Shown here piece by piece: positions 16,876 to 29,153 of a stretch of 64,000 bases of DNA. The notes beneath the pieces were generated by a model, which had not been told where the DNA came from, ran no database searches, and worked only from the letters and a program-made list of their open reading frames with translations. How positions within the stretch are numbered: position 1 is the first letter of the stretch; the number at the start of each line of letters is the position of its first letter. Source of the stretch: Planctomycetota bacterium (GTDB taxonomy: Bacteria; Planctomycetota; UBA1135; UBA2386); assembly GCA_965223545.1 (NCBI GenBank), contig OZ245006.1, forward strand, positions 6,592,001 to 6,656,000, given 5' to 3'. Position numbers and translations under genes: made by a program.

Positions 16876-19800
16876 GATTGGCGCATCTTCTCCGCGGCGG
16901 CGGGCCCGAGCAAGGCGCGCAGCAACAACGCCAGCACCGCGTCCCCGGTCCACGGCGATCGGCCGCGGCGGCGGGGCAGCACCAGGTGGGTCTTGCCGGC
17001 TTCGACCTGGCGCACGTCGGCGAAGGCATCCAGCCAGGCGCCGCCCGGCGGCTCGCCCGGTGGGGTGCGCACGATGACGCGGTCCTCGCCGGTGAACTGC
17101 AGGCCGACCACGGCGTGGTCGATGAGCGCGTGCTTGAGCAGGAACACGCACAGCAGGTTGGTCACCGGTGCCGGCAGGGTGCCGAACCGGTCGGTGAGCG
17201 ATCGCAGACACTCGAGGGCTGCGTCGACGTGCACCGCGCCGTCGAGCTCGCGCAGGAGCTCGAGCCGCTCCTTGGGATCCTGCGCCAGCGCATCGGGCAG
17301 ATAGGCCTCGACCTGCACGTCGACGTCGACCTCGGCCACCATCGGCGCCAGCGTCTCGGCGCGCTGTGCCGCGTCGATCGCGCCGCGCAACAGCTCGCAG
17401 TACATCTCGTAGCCGACGGCGGCGATGTGGCCCGATTGCTGCGGGCCGAGCAGGTTGCCGGCGCCGCGGATCTCGAGGTCCTTCATCGCCACGGCGAAGC
17501 CGGCACCGAGGTGCGAGAACTCCTCGAGGGCTTTGAGCCGCTTGCGCGCGTCGTCACGCGGCGGGTTGGCGCGGTCGAGCAGGAGGAAGCAGTAGGCCTG
17601 GCGGTCCGAGCGGCCGACCCGGCCGCGCAGCTGGTGCAGCTCGGCCAGGCCGAAGCAGTCGGCCCGTTCGATCAGGATCGTGTTGGCGCGCGGCAGGTCG
17701 AGGCCGTTTTCGACGATCGTCGTGCTGACCAGCACGTCGAAGTCGCCGGCGACGAAGCGCCGCACGGTCTTCTCCATCTCGGTGGCGGTCATCTTGCCGT
17801 GGCCGATCGCCACCCGGGCGCCCGGGGCCAGCTCGCGCACCGTTTGCGCCGTGTGCTCGAGGGTGTCGATGCGGTTGTGGATGACGAACACTTGCCCTTC
17901 GCGGGCCAGCTCGCGCTGCAGTGCGTCGCGCAACACGACGGGATCCCAGAACAGCACGCGGGTGTCGACGTCCTGGCGGCCGGGCGGCGGCGTCGACAGC
18001 GTCGAGATGCCACGCACGCCGAGCATCGAGGCGTGCAGCGTGCGCGGAATCGGCGTCGCGCTCAGGCTGAGGACGTCGATCTCCAAGCGCAGGCGCTTGA
18101 GGTGCTCCTTGTGGCGCACGCCGAAGCGCTGCTCCTCGTCGATGATCAAGAGGCCGAGGCCGGGGATCTCGACGTCGTCGCTGAGCAGGCGATGGGTGCC
18201 GATGACGACGTCGACCGCACCGCGCGCCATGGCCGCGAGGATCTCGGTGCGCCGCTTGCCGGTGCGGTAGCGCGACAAGACCTCGGTGCGCAGACCGAGC
18301 GGCCCCAGGCGCCGCTCGAACGTCTCGCCGTGCTGTTCGGCCAGCACGGTGGTCGGCACCAGCACCGCGACCTGCCGCCCGTGGATCGCGACCTTGCAGG
18401 CGGCGCGCATCGCCACCTCGGTCTTGCCGAAGCCGACGTCGCCGCACAACAGCCGGTCGGAGATGCCGGCGTCCTCCAGGTCGGCCTTGATCTCCGCCCA
18501 CGCGCGCGCCTGATCGGGGGTGTCGGTGAACGGAAACGCGTCGAGCAGCTCGTCCTCGAGGGGATCGGCCGGATAGGGCTCGCGCTGCACGCGGGCGCGC
18601 TGGGCCATCAGGTCGAGCAGCTCGGCGGCGAGGTCGTACAGCGCCTCGCACACCTCGGCCTTGCGCTTTTGGAAGCCGCGGCCGCCGAGTCGATCCAGCT
18701 TGGGCGCCACGTCGCTGCCGGCGCCGACGTATTTCTGGATCAGATGGATCTTCGACGACGGCACCAGCAGCCGAACGTCGTTGGCGAAGCACAGCCGCAG
18801 GTGGTCCTCGACCGCCGCGCCGCGCTCGACGCGCTCGATGCCCTCGAACTGCGCGATGCCGTGCGCGGCGTGCACGACGGTGTCGCCCGGACCGAGCTCG
18901 AAGAAGCTGGCCAGCGCCTTGGTCGGCAGCACCGGTCGTTCGCGCACCCGGGTCGACTGGCCGGCGCCGGCGAACTCGACGTTGGAGATCACCGTCAGCG
19001 AAAGGTCGGGGATCCGGAAGCCCCGGCTCAGGGCACCGACCGCGAGCTGGACGTGCTCGGCGGCCAGGTCGACGTCCTTGCGCGCGAAGATCCGCGCCAG
19101 CCGCTCGCGCTCGTCCTCGTTGCGGCAGAGGATGCGGACCGCGCCCTTCTTGACACCGCGGATGCCGTTGAGCCGGCCGAGCGGGTCCGCCTCGCCACAG
19201 CCGGTCGCGCTGCCCGCCGACAGCACCTTGAAGTCGAGGTCGTGGCTCGGCAGCGACGACACGTCGAGCCGCGGGATGCGCGCGATCGAGTCGGCGAACG
19301 CTGCCAGGCGGGCCGCGCCGTCGTCGCGGTGCAGAGTGATGGCGGCGCGCTGCTCGTCGATGCGCAGCGGTTCGACCTGGACCACCAGCAGATCGGGGCG
19401 GCCCAGGTGTTCGATGGCATGGCCGGCGGCGCCGGCGTCGCGCGTGTCGGTGGAACCCAGCGGCAGGGTCACCTGCTCGAGCACGGCGAGCGACCGCTGC
19501 GTGCTCGGCTCGAAGCGTCGCACGGACTCGAGCACGTCGTCGAACAGTTCCAGGCGCAGCGCATCCGGCGCGCCGAGCGCGAAGACGTCGACGATGTCGC
19601 CGCGCACACTGATCTCGCCCGGGCCGAGCACGACTGGCACGCGGCGCAGGCCCGCGGCTTCCGCCTTCGCCAACAAAGCGGCTTGTTGCAGCGGTGCGCC
19701 CGCGCGCAGCACCAGGTCGCCTCCGCGCAGAGCAGCCGGCCGCGGCACGGGATCGATCAGTGCGGCGAGACTGGCGATCGCGGTGAACGCGTCGTTCTCG

Positions 19801-20147
19801 GAGATCGTCAACAGGGCGGCCAAGCGCTGCTGGGTCGACGACGGTTCGGATTCGCCCTGCACGTCGCGGACCTGTGCGTCGAGTCGAGTGATCGGTCGAT
19901 CGCTGAAGCTGTGCAGGTCGGCCTCGAGCGTCGCCGCGTGCTCGTCGTCGGCGCAGACGACCAGCAGCGGCCCCGGCCGGCGTTCGACGAGCGTCGCCAG
20001 CAGCAACGCGGCGCTGCCACCCCACAGACCGCCGGCCGCGCGCTGCTGTCCGCTGCGGACCGCTGCCAGCACGCGCCCGGCCTGCTCGAGCTCGGCGAAG
20101 CGCGCCCTCGGTGTGGCGGTGAGACGAGAAGTGACGGGCTCGACCAA
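16824..20147 (-). CDS. mfd: Transcription-repair coupling factor
   Basis: CarD-like domain, DRLLCGDVGFGKTEVA, IIDEEQRFG, SATPIPRT, QLRGRVGR, DLEIRGAGNLLG, TRCF C-terminus. Start codon approximate. Confidence 0.96.
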   Translation of the reverse strand: MVEPVTSRLTATPRARFAELEQAGRVLAAVRSGQQRAAGGLWGGSAALLLATLVERRPGPLLVVCADDEHAATLEADLHSFSDRPITRLDAQVRDVQGESEPSSTQQRLAALLTISENDAFTAIASLAALIDPVPRPAALRGGDLVLRAGAPLQQAALLAKAEAAGLRRVPVVLGPGEISVRGDIVDVFALGAPDALRLELFDDVLESVRRFEPSTQRSLAVLEQVTLPLGSTDTRDAGAAGHAIEHLGRPDLLVVQVEPLRIDEQRAAITLHRDDGAARLAAFADSIARIPRLDVSSLPSHDLDFKVLSAGSATGCGEADPLGRLNGIRGVKKGAVRILCRNEDERERLARIFARKDVDLAAEHVQLAVGALSRGFRIPDLSLTVISNVEFAGAGQSTRVRERPVLPTKALASFFELGPGDTVVHAAHGIAQFEGIERVERGAAVEDHLRLCFANDVRLLVPSSKIHLIQKYVGAGSDVAPKLDRLGGRGFQKRKAEVCEALYDLAAELLDLMAQRARVQREPYPADPLEDELLDAFPFTDTPDQARAWAEIKADLEDAGISDRLLCGDVGFGKTEVAMRAACKVAIHGRQVAVLVPTTVLAEQHGETFERRLGPLGLRTEVLSRYRTGKRRTEILAAMARGAVDVVIGTHRLLSDDVEIPGLGLLIIDEEQRFGVRHKEHLKRLRLEIDVLSLSATPIPRTLHASMLGVRGISTLSTPPPGRQDVDTRVLFWDPVVLRDALQRELAREGQVFVIHNRIDTLEHTAQTVRELAPGARVAIGHGKMTATEMEKTVRRFVAGDFDVLVSTTIVENGLDLPRANTILIERADCFGLAELHQLRGRVGRSDRQAYCFLLLDRANPPRDDARKRLKALEEFSHLGAGFAVAMKDLEIRGAGNLLGPQQSGHIAAVGYEMYCELLRGAIDAAQRAETLAPMVAEVDVDVQVEAYLPDALAQDPKERLELLRELDGAVHVDAALECLRSLTDRFGTLPAPVTNLLCVFLLKHALIDHAVVGLQFTGEDRVIVRTPPGEPPGGAWLDAFADVRQVEAGKTHLVLPRRRGRSPWTGDAVLALLLRALLGPAAAEKMRQSCQRAQRPRRERRSRQS

Positions 20148-20169
20148 AGGGAGGACTCCGGGTCGTGCC

Positions 20170-20922
20170 TCAGTCTTGTCCGGATTCGCGCCGGCGCTGC
20201 TGCAGCAGCTGCAGCGCGCGGGCCGCCGCCTGCTTTTCGGCGGCTTGTTTGGTGCGGCCGGAGCCGTCGGCGACGCGCTCTTCGCCCACGATCACCGTCA
20301 CGCGAAACCGCAGGTCGTGATCGGGTCCCCAGGCGTCATCCAGCTCGTAGCGCGGCTGGCCCATTTCGTGGATCTGCGCGAAGTGCAGCAGCCGGCTCTT
20401 GGCATCGCGTTCGGTCGGTCGGGGTAGGTCGTTGTCCGCGGCAAGCACGTGCCGCCGCACGAATCGGCGCGCCGGCTCGATGCCGCCGTCGATGTAGATC
20501 GCGGCGACCACCGCTTCGACGAGGTCGGCGAGGATGCGCGGCGATTGGCGGTCGCGCTCTTGCAGCCCGCGGCCGCCGACCAGGTAGCGCCCGAGCTGCA
20601 GGGAGTTCGCGACCGCGGCCAGGGGCGCGCGGCTGACGATGCGGGCGCGGCGATCGGTGAGCGCGCCCTCGGGGATCTCCGGCGTGGTGTGGAACAGGGA
20701 GTCGGCGACCAGAAAGCCGAGGATCGCGTCGCCGAGGAACTCCAGCCGCTCGTAGTTGTCCCGCCCTTCGTTGCCGGTCGAGGAATGGCACAACGCTCGC
20801 TCCAGCAGGGCGATGTCCGCGAACCGGTGGCCCAGGCGGCTGGCCAGCTGCTGCAGCTCGCGGCCGCGCGCGTCGTCGTCGGTCGGGTCGGGGGCGGTGG
20901 GGTCGGGGTCGGCGTCGTTCAC
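20170..20922 (-). CDS. rnc: Ribonuclease III
   Basis: NYERLEFLGDAIL signature, ADLVEA, C-terminal dsRBD. Confidence 0.96.
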   Translation of the reverse strand: MNDADPDPTAPDPTDDDARGRELQQLASRLGHRFADIALLERALCHSSTGNEGRDNYERLEFLGDAILGFLVADSLFHTTPEIPEGALTDRRARIVSRAPLAAVANSLQLGRYLVGGRGLQERDRQSPRILADLVEAVVAAIYIDGGIEPARRFVRRHVLAADNDLPRPTERDAKSRLLHFAQIHEMGQPRYELDDAWGPDHDLRFRVTVIVGEERVADGSGRTKQAAEKQAAARALQLLQQRRRESGQD

Positions 20923-21013
20923 GAGAACCCGTCCAAGCTACGGCGGCGCGGGGCGAAAACAGTGGCTCCTTTTGGCCGAGCCATCGCCCGGGGCCGAGGG
21001 CTGGACAGCGGCC

Positions 21014-21050
21014 TTCGAGAATGTTAGAATCTAATTCTTTAGAACTCGAA
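21014..21050. promoter_or_regulatory. AT-rich palindromic operator candidate for the BlaI-family repressor
   Basis: TCTAA-N4-TTAGA (21030-21043) overlapping AGAAT-N3-ATTCT (21026-21038) and TTCGAG...CTCGAA, just upstream of the BlaI gene. Confidence 0.55.
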
Positions 21051-21077
21051 GCGCGGTTTCCGAACAGAGCAGCGGAC

Positions 21078-21467
21078 ATGCCGAGACCCATCCACCGAGA
21101 GCCCACCGACGGTGAGCTGGAAATCCTCAACGTGCTTTGGAGCCGCGGTCCCGCCGAGCTCGGCGTGGTCTGCGATGCGCTCCGGGCGCGGCGCGAGGTG
21201 GCGACCACGACGGTCGCGACCATGCTCAAGATCATGCTCGACAAGCAGCTGGTCGAGCGCGAGCGCGGGCCGCGCGGCTACCGCTGGAGCGCGCGCGTGA
21301 CCCGCCGCGGCGCCCGCCGCGCGCTGCTCGACAAGCTGCTGGCGAACGCGTTCGGCGGCTCGGCGCAGGGGCTGTTGGTCCACCTGGTCGAGGAGGGCAA
21401 CCTGTCCATCGAGGACTGGGAGCAGGTGCGGGCGCTGCTGGATCGCGAGCCGGAGAGCCGCCAATGA
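21078..21467 (+). CDS. BlaI/MecI/CopY family repressor
   Basis: PTDGELEILNVLW, TTVATMLKIMLDKQLVER, FGGSAQGLLVHL. Confidence 0.93.
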   Translation: MPRPIHREPTDGELEILNVLWSRGPAELGVVCDALRARREVATTTVATMLKIMLDKQLVERERGPRGYRWSARVTRRGARRALLDKLLANAFGGSAQGLLVHLVEEGNLSIEDWEQVRALLDREPESRQ

Positions 21468-23059
21468 CGCCGCAAGACACGGTGGGGTGGCTGGCTTGGC
21501 TGTGGTGGAACGCCGGCTGGATCGCGATCCACGGCGTTTGGATCGCCGCCGCGATCGGCCTTCTGACGCTCGCGGTCGGCCGGCTGGCCCGGCTCGGAGC
21601 GCGCGGCCGCTACGTGCTCGCTTCGGCCGCGCTCGGCGGCCTCGCCGTCGGTCTGCCGCTCGTCGCGGCGTGGACCGCGCGCCAAGCGGACCGGCCCGCG
21701 GTGGTGGGCACGGCGCCGATCGCCGTTGCGAGGTCGGACGTGCGCGCGCCACGAGTCGCCGACGCCGCCGTCGTCGCGCCGGCATCGACGGGACGCTGGC
21801 TCGCCGTCGGGCGGCAGGCGTTTGCCTGGCTGTGGTTGTTGTCCACCGCGATCGGTTGCCTCTACATCGCTCGTGCGGTGGTGTCCGCGCGCCGCCTCTC
21901 CGCCGGCGCGCGGCCCTGCGAGGATCCCGTCGTGCACGACGGGGTGGCGCGCGCCGCGGCCGCGCTCGGTCTGCGCCGGCCGCCGCGCGTGCGCTGCAGC
22001 CCGCAGCTGAGGGGACCGGTCGTGATCGGCGTTTGGCGGCCGACGTTGCTGTTGCCGTCGTCGATGGTGACCGATTGGACAGCGGCCGATCTCGATCTCG
22101 TGCTGCTGCACGAGTGCGCGCACGTGCGGCGGCGCGATCCGTTGGCGCTGTGCCTGCAACGCGCCTGCGAGCTGTTGCTCTGGGCGCATCCGGCGGTGCG
22201 TTGGCTATCGCGCCAGATCTGTCTCGAGCGCGAGCGCTGTTGCGACGCGCTCGCCGTGCGGCACAGCGGCCGCCCGCACGCCTACGCCCGCGCGCTGGTC
22301 GCGCTGGCGTCGCCATCTCATCCAACCATCGGGCTGGCCATGGGGCGCAGCCCACTCGTGGAACGCGTAGCGTCCGTCCTCAACCAGGAGATGTCTGTGA
22401 TGCAATCCTCTCGACGTTCGATTCTCTCGATGACCGCGCTCGGCGTCCTCGGACTCGCCGCGGTCGCCGTCCGCGCACAAGATCCGGCGCCAGCTTGTCC
22501 CCGGGCCTGCTGCCGCGCCGCCGCGGAGACTCCGGCGGAGACGCCGGTCGCGACGAGTGGCGAACAAGCGCAGTGTGAGCGCGAAGAGAAGCGGCAACAG
22601 GACCAGCGCGAGGCGCTGCTCGCGTACATCAGCGCGCACGGCTTCGCGCACGGGCAGATGCCGCCAAACGTCAAGTGCTCGGACTGCCACACCGTTGGCA
22701 GCGTCGGCAGGGCCTACACGGTGCGGGCCGGTGATTCGCTGATGCGGATCGCCCGCAACGAGCTCGGAGACGCCAGATACGTCGAGCGATTGGCGAAGGC
22801 CAACGCCCTTGTCGATCCGCGACGGCTCGCGGTCGGGCAACAGCTGTGGCTGCCGCCGGTGCACGAGGCGCGCACCGAGAATCCGCTGCTGCAAGAACCG
22901 GCCGGTGGCGATCAGGCCGCGGCTTCGGCCGAGCGCGCGATCGCGCGCGACGACGAGACCGCGGTGTTGCGCGAGCGCATCACCAAGTTGGAGGAGACGG
23001 TGCGTCTGCTGCAAGAAGAGCTGGCGGCCAAGCGCCGCGGCCGTCGCAAGGGGCGTTGA
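21464..23059 (+). CDS. M56 (BlaR1-like) metallopeptidase with C-terminal CxxCH motif, LysM domain and coiled coil
   Basis: ATGA overlap with BlaI; HECAH at 22109-22123, ERERCCD; CSDCH at 22676-22690; LysM YTVRAGDSLMRIA...LAVGQQLWLP. Confidence 0.9.
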   Translation: MTPQDTVGWLAWLWWNAGWIAIHGVWIAAAIGLLTLAVGRLARLGARGRYVLASAALGGLAVGLPLVAAWTARQADRPAVVGTAPIAVARSDVRAPRVADAAVVAPASTGRWLAVGRQAFAWLWLLSTAIGCLYIARAVVSARRLSAGARPCEDPVVHDGVARAAAALGLRRPPRVRCSPQLRGPVVIGVWRPTLLLPSSMVTDWTAADLDLVLLHECAHVRRRDPLALCLQRACELLLWAHPAVRWLSRQICLERERCCDALAVRHSGRPHAYARALVALASPSHPTIGLAMGRSPLVERVASVLNQEMSVMQSSRRSILSMTALGVLGLAAVAVRAQDPAPACPRACCRAAAETPAETPVATSGEQAQCEREEKRQQDQREALLAYISAHGFAHGQMPPNVKCSDCHTVGSVGRAYTVRAGDSLMRIARNELGDARYVERLAKANALVDPRRLAVGQQLWLPPVHEARTENPLLQEPAGGDQAAASAERAIARDDETAVLRERITKLEETVRLLQEELAAKRRGRRKGR

Positions 23060-23100
23060 GATCGCCGCGCGCTGCGCTCTCCGCCGTCGTTCGCAGCCGC

Positions 23101-24912
<1,812 letters not shown>

Positions 24913-25213
24913 GGTTCGGGCCTTCAGGGCGTCGGAGAAGCGGCGGAGCATGCCGGCGGCCGGCGCCGGGAGCAAGGCCGCGATTGCGGGCTTCGCCCTG
25001 CGGGTGGTTGCCTCAGGGCTTCGCCGGAAGGAGTCGCGGATCGAGACCGCGCCCGGTGGCTGCCGTTTGGCGCCATGCCGTGGGGGCAACTGTGGGTGCG
25101 CGGCGCACCGGTCCATCTTCGCGGTTGACGGCCGCGCGCACGGCGCCGCGCCGTGGAGCACGCTTCTGCGGGGCGTCCCGGTGGTCGACCGGGGCGTCGT
25201 GTTTCGGCTTCCG

Positions 25214-26503
25214 ATGTTCGTTTTGGGGATTCCACCGTTGCGTCACTCTCTCGTCACTCTCTCCGCTCTCGCCACCCTCAGCTTCGCGCCACCGGCCTTT
25301 GCCGACGGCGATGAGAAGCTCGGTCCTGCCAGCATCGCCATCGCGCCCGGCACCGGCATCCTGGTCGCCGGAGTGGGCTTGCACAACACCCAGCCTGGCG
25401 TCGTCGATCTGACGGTCCCGGGCGGCGCGAGCGTCGTGCAGGTGCTCGCCTACTGGGAGGGGCAGGCGCGCGATGCCGCCGAGCAAGGCGACACCGACGC
25501 GATCCTGATCGGCGGCAACTTGGTCACCGGCCAGCGCATCGGCGGCCCGACCGAGTTCTTCTTCGGCGCCTGGACCTCGACCTATCGCGCCGACGTGACC
25601 GCGCTCGGACTCGTGTCGCCGGGCAGCAACTTCGTCGCCGTCGGTGGTCTCGACTTCTCGACCGCCAACAACGGCTTCGGCCTGCTGGTCGTCGTCGACG
25701 ACGGCACCGGCGCTGCCGATCTGCGCGTGCACGACGGCAACGACTGCGCCTACTTCAACTTCGCGTCGCCGCTGGATGCAACCGTGCGCCAGACCTACGA
25801 CTTCGCGCCGGCCGCCGCCGACCGCACGGCGACCTTGAGCCACTTCTTCGGCAGCGTCGGCACGCGGCGCCCCAGCGTGATCCGCGTGTTCGTGGACGGT
25901 CTGCTGGCGGACGAGGTCGTCGACGCGCTGGGTGACACCGCCGGCGACGAATGGGACGTGCTGCAGCACGACATCCTGGTGCCCGCGGGCGCGACTTCGG
26001 TGTCGGTGCAGGCCTACTCCGAGGACCTGCGCACCGGCCGCTTCGCCTGGGAGCACCCGGCGTCGCTGACCTGGGTCACCGCCGCGCTGGCGCTGCCGGT
26101 GGCGCGCACCACGGGAGGCGGCGGCGAGGGCTGCACGCCCGGCAAGTGGAAGACCAAGAAGGGGCGCGCGCGCTGGGATGGCGTCGGCACCAACGAGGTG
26201 ACCACGACGATCAAGACGTTCAACCTGTTCAACGCCACCTTCGGCGTCACCTCCGCCGAGTCCGGTCTGGCCGACAGCATCACTCTGCTCGAGGCCTTGA
26301 GCGACAACACCAACGGCGAGCTGAGCGCTCTCAACCGGCACGCGGTGGCGGGCCTGGTCAACGCCGACGCCTCGGTGGTCAACTACCGCTACACGGTCGC
26401 CGAAGTGATCCAGATCTACCTGGACGGCATCAACGGCGTGATGAGCTTGGGCGAGGCGAAGACCCTGCTCGAGACCGAGAACGAGCTCGGCTGCGAGTTC
26501 TGA
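25214..26503 (+). CDS. Secreted beta-rich hypothetical protein with GCTPGxWK C-terminal module
   Basis: Signal peptide ending AFA-D, beta-sandwich-like body, GGGGEGCTPGKWK then a helical tail. Start could be TTG 25238. Confidence 0.75.
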   Translation: MFVLGIPPLRHSLVTLSALATLSFAPPAFADGDEKLGPASIAIAPGTGILVAGVGLHNTQPGVVDLTVPGGASVVQVLAYWEGQARDAAEQGDTDAILIGGNLVTGQRIGGPTEFFFGAWTSTYRADVTALGLVSPGSNFVAVGGLDFSTANNGFGLLVVVDDGTGAADLRVHDGNDCAYFNFASPLDATVRQTYDFAPAAADRTATLSHFFGSVGTRRPSVIRVFVDGLLADEVVDALGDTAGDEWDVLQHDILVPAGATSVSVQAYSEDLRTGRFAWEHPASLTWVTAALALPVARTTGGGGEGCTPGKWKTKKGRARWDGVGTNEVTTTIKTFNLFNATFGVTSAESGLADSITLLEALSDNTNGELSALNRHAVAGLVNADASVVNYRYTVAEVIQIYLDGINGVMSLGEAKTLLETENELGCEF

Positions 26504-27280
26504 TCACCACACCACGCCCATGGTGAAGGCCACGCCGCGGAAACCGTAGGTCGTGGCCGGCATGGCAGCGTTGGTGAGCGCGCTGTCCGATTCGTCGACG
26601 TCGGTGCGGCTCCACAGGTAGCTCGCGCCGCCGAAGAAGCGCGCCGCGCGGAACCGCAGGCCGGTTTCGAAGCCGTAGAGCACGGCGTCCGTGTCGAACG
26701 AGTCGTCGACGCCGCCGGACTCGACGTCGACGTAGGCCGCGCCGGCGCCGATGTGGCCGGTGAAGAACGCGCTCAGCGCGGTGCGGTCGCGGCGGAACAG
26801 GTCGAACTCGGGTTCGACCTCGAAGCGCGCGGCAAACGTGGTGTAGTCGCTGCTGCCCGGGCTGGTGTCGAAGTCGGTGACGTCGATTTGAGGACCGACG
26901 CGCACGCCGACGTGGCCGCGCGGTCCCGCGGGGAAACGGCCGGAGAAGTGGCCGTAGAAGTTGATGCGGTCGACGCTGGTGCCGAACTCGTCGTCGTCGC
27001 TGGTGGTGCGCTCGATGCGCACGCCGCCGCCGGCGGAACGGCCGAACTCGGCGGAGAAACGCACCGTGCGCGCATCCGGGTCGGTGTCGGGGCCGGGGCG
27101 ATCGATGGCGAACTCGCCCGGCGCGATCGCCATCGTGATCACCCCGCGGCGCGCGTCTTGCTCGGCGTGCGCGCGGGCGCGGGGCGACTGTTGGCTCGCC
27201 TCGAGGGGGATCGAGCAGCCTGTGGCGGCAGCGGTGAGGGTGACTGTGGCGATGCGGTAGACGCGGCGGGTTGGGAGCAC
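26504..27280 (-). CDS. Putative outer-membrane beta-barrel protein with lipoprotein-like signal
   Basis: TLTAAATG-C lipobox-like site, alternating beta strands, terminal GVAFTMGVVW. Start uncertain. Confidence 0.6.
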   Translation of the reverse strand: MLPTRRVYRIATVTLTAAATGCSIPLEASQQSPRARAHAEQDARRGVITMAIAPGEFAIDRPGPDTDPDARTVRFSAEFGRSAGGGVRIERTTSDDDEFGTSVDRINFYGHFSGRFPAGPRGHVGVRVGPQIDVTDFDTSPGSSDYTTFAARFEVEPEFDLFRRDRTALSAFFTGHIGAGAAYVDVESGGVDDSFDTDAVLYGFETGLRFRAARFFGGASYLWSRTDVDESDSALTNAAMPATTYGFRGVAFTMGVVW

Positions 27281-27352
27281 GAGTGGCCTCCGTGGCTGGA
27301 CGGGGGCCTCAATCGAACGGCGCGCCATCGCCGTGGGCAAGAGCCCGGACGC

Positions 27353-29050
27353 TTACTGCCCGTCGATGATCAAGGCGTTCGCGACGCGCCATTGGCCGGG
27401 CGCGTCCTCGACGATCGCCTGCAGCGTGAGCTGCACCGCCGCCGGCAGCGGCGGGAACCCGTAGACCTGTGGGCCGGTGCCGACGCTCCAGATCGCAGCC
27501 GGCGGGAAGCACAGCGTGCCCGCGCCGAGCGGCAGGTTGGTGGCCATTGCGAAGGTGGGCACGCCGACGAAGCCGAGAATCGCCGAGGTGGCGGGCTGCG
27601 GGTTGGAGGGTGGGTTGTCCAGCCGGATGGTGAGCGGCGCGCCGCGCGGCAGCACGACGCGTCGATCGACCCACCCGTCGTCACCATTGATCGTGAGGAG
27701 TCGGAATGGGCCGCCGTTGCCGACCCCGGCGCTGCCCTCGGCGCACGCGCCGGCGAGATGGGGAGTGGCGAGCGGCCCGAGGTGGAATACCCGCACCATG
27801 CCGGCGTCGAGACCGTTGTTGTCGTTCTTGCGGGCGCCGACCAGGAGGTCGGCGCGGCCGTCGCCGTTGAGGTCGCCGATCCGCGCCAGTTTGCGGCCGA
27901 AGACGTCGTTGTGGCGGTCGCCGCCCATCTCGTGCAACAACGAGCCGTCGGCACCGGACCAGACGCGGACGTAGCCCGGTGCGTTGGCGGGTTGCAGCAC
28001 CTGGCACGCTCCCACCGCGAGGTCGTCGTGGCCGTCACCGTCGACGTCGCCGATGCCAGCCACCGCGATCCCGTACCAGTCGTTCGTGCTGATACCGGAG
28101 AACGTGTGCAGTACGCTGTGATCGCTGCCCGAGCGGACACTGGCGTAGCCGGCGCCCACCGGCGTGGCCGTGGTGAACTGGTATTGGCTGGCGCCGACGA
28201 TGAGATCGGGGAGTCCGTCGCGATCGACGTCGCCGGCGGGGTCGACGAAGATGCCGTAGTTGTCGCCGGCGCGCGCGCCGGCCGAGCCCTGCAGGATCGT
28301 TCCGCTCTGGCCGGAGACCACGGCGACGTAGCCGATGCCGGCTCCGAATACCTGCGGCGCGCCGACCGCGTAGTCCGCCCGCGCGTCGCCATCGATGTCG
28401 CCCAGCGCGCTCACCGCCGCGCCGAAGCGGTCGTCGGCGAACAGGCCGAACAGGGTGGTCAGCACGCTGCCGTCGCGGCCGGAGAAGACCCGGGCATAAC
28501 CGCGGTCGTTGCCGGCCACGTCGGCGCCCGGCGCGCCGACCAAGACGTCGTCGTGACCGTCACCGTCGGTGTCGCCGGCGCTCGCCACCGAGCTGCCCAA
28601 CTCGTCGCCGGCGGCGATGCCGACGAACGTGTGCAGGACGCTGCCGTCGCGGCCGGAGAACACCCGCGCCGCGCCACTGTCGGCGCCCGCGCCGTCGTGG
28701 AACGGCGCGCCGACGACCAGATCGCCGACTCCGTCGCCGTCGACGTCACCAGCCTCGCGCACCGAGGTGCCGAACTGGTCGCCGGCGGCGTCGCCGTCGA
28801 AGCGGTAGAGCACGCTGCCGTCCGCGCCCGAGAACACGGTGACCCGGCCGGAGTCGGCGCCGGCGAAGTCGGCGCGCACCGCGGCCGCCATGAAATCCGG
28901 CACGCCGTCGCCGTCGAGATCGCCGACGCCCGCCACCGACGAGCCGAAGCGGTCGTCGGGTGCGTCGCCGTTGATGGTGGCGTACGGGTTCTGTCCGCTG
29001 AGGGCGGGCGTCAGGGCGAGGAGGGCGAGCGCGAGCCTCGGTGGGTGCAT
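27353..29050 (-). CDS. Secreted FG-GAP (integrin-alpha) repeat beta-propeller protein
   Basis: Seven FG...GDxDGDGxxD...GA repeats, signal peptide, extra C-terminal beta domain. Confidence 0.92.
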   Translation of the reverse strand: MHPPRLALALLALTPALSGQNPYATINGDAPDDRFGSSVAGVGDLDGDGVPDFMAAAVRADFAGADSGRVTVFSGADGSVLYRFDGDAAGDQFGTSVREAGDVDGDGVGDLVVGAPFHDGAGADSGAARVFSGRDGSVLHTFVGIAAGDELGSSVASAGDTDGDGHDDVLVGAPGADVAGNDRGYARVFSGRDGSVLTTLFGLFADDRFGAAVSALGDIDGDARADYAVGAPQVFGAGIGYVAVVSGQSGTILQGSAGARAGDNYGIFVDPAGDVDRDGLPDLIVGASQYQFTTATPVGAGYASVRSGSDHSVLHTFSGISTNDWYGIAVAGIGDVDGDGHDDLAVGACQVLQPANAPGYVRVWSGADGSLLHEMGGDRHNDVFGRKLARIGDLNGDGRADLLVGARKNDNNGLDAGMVRVFHLGPLATPHLAGACAEGSAGVGNGGPFRLLTINGDDGWVDRRVVLPRGAPLTIRLDNPPSNPQPATSAILGFVGVPTFAMATNLPLGAGTLCFPPAAIWSVGTGPQVYGFPPLPAAVQLTLQAIVEDAPGQWRVANALIIDGQ

Positions 29051-29153
29051 GGGGACCTCGGAGCCGTTGTGATGGGCGGCGGGGGCCGCCTCGAGCGAGC
29101 GGTTGCCTACGCCGCGCGCGCCCTTCGGTTGCGGGGACTTCTCCCGGGCAGGG

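Noticed and set aside
16878..20636. Very long antisense and off-frame ORFs (1252 aa opposite mfd and many similar)
   Set aside because: Shadow ORFs expected from high-GC codon bias; they overlap well-supported genes and have no motifs.
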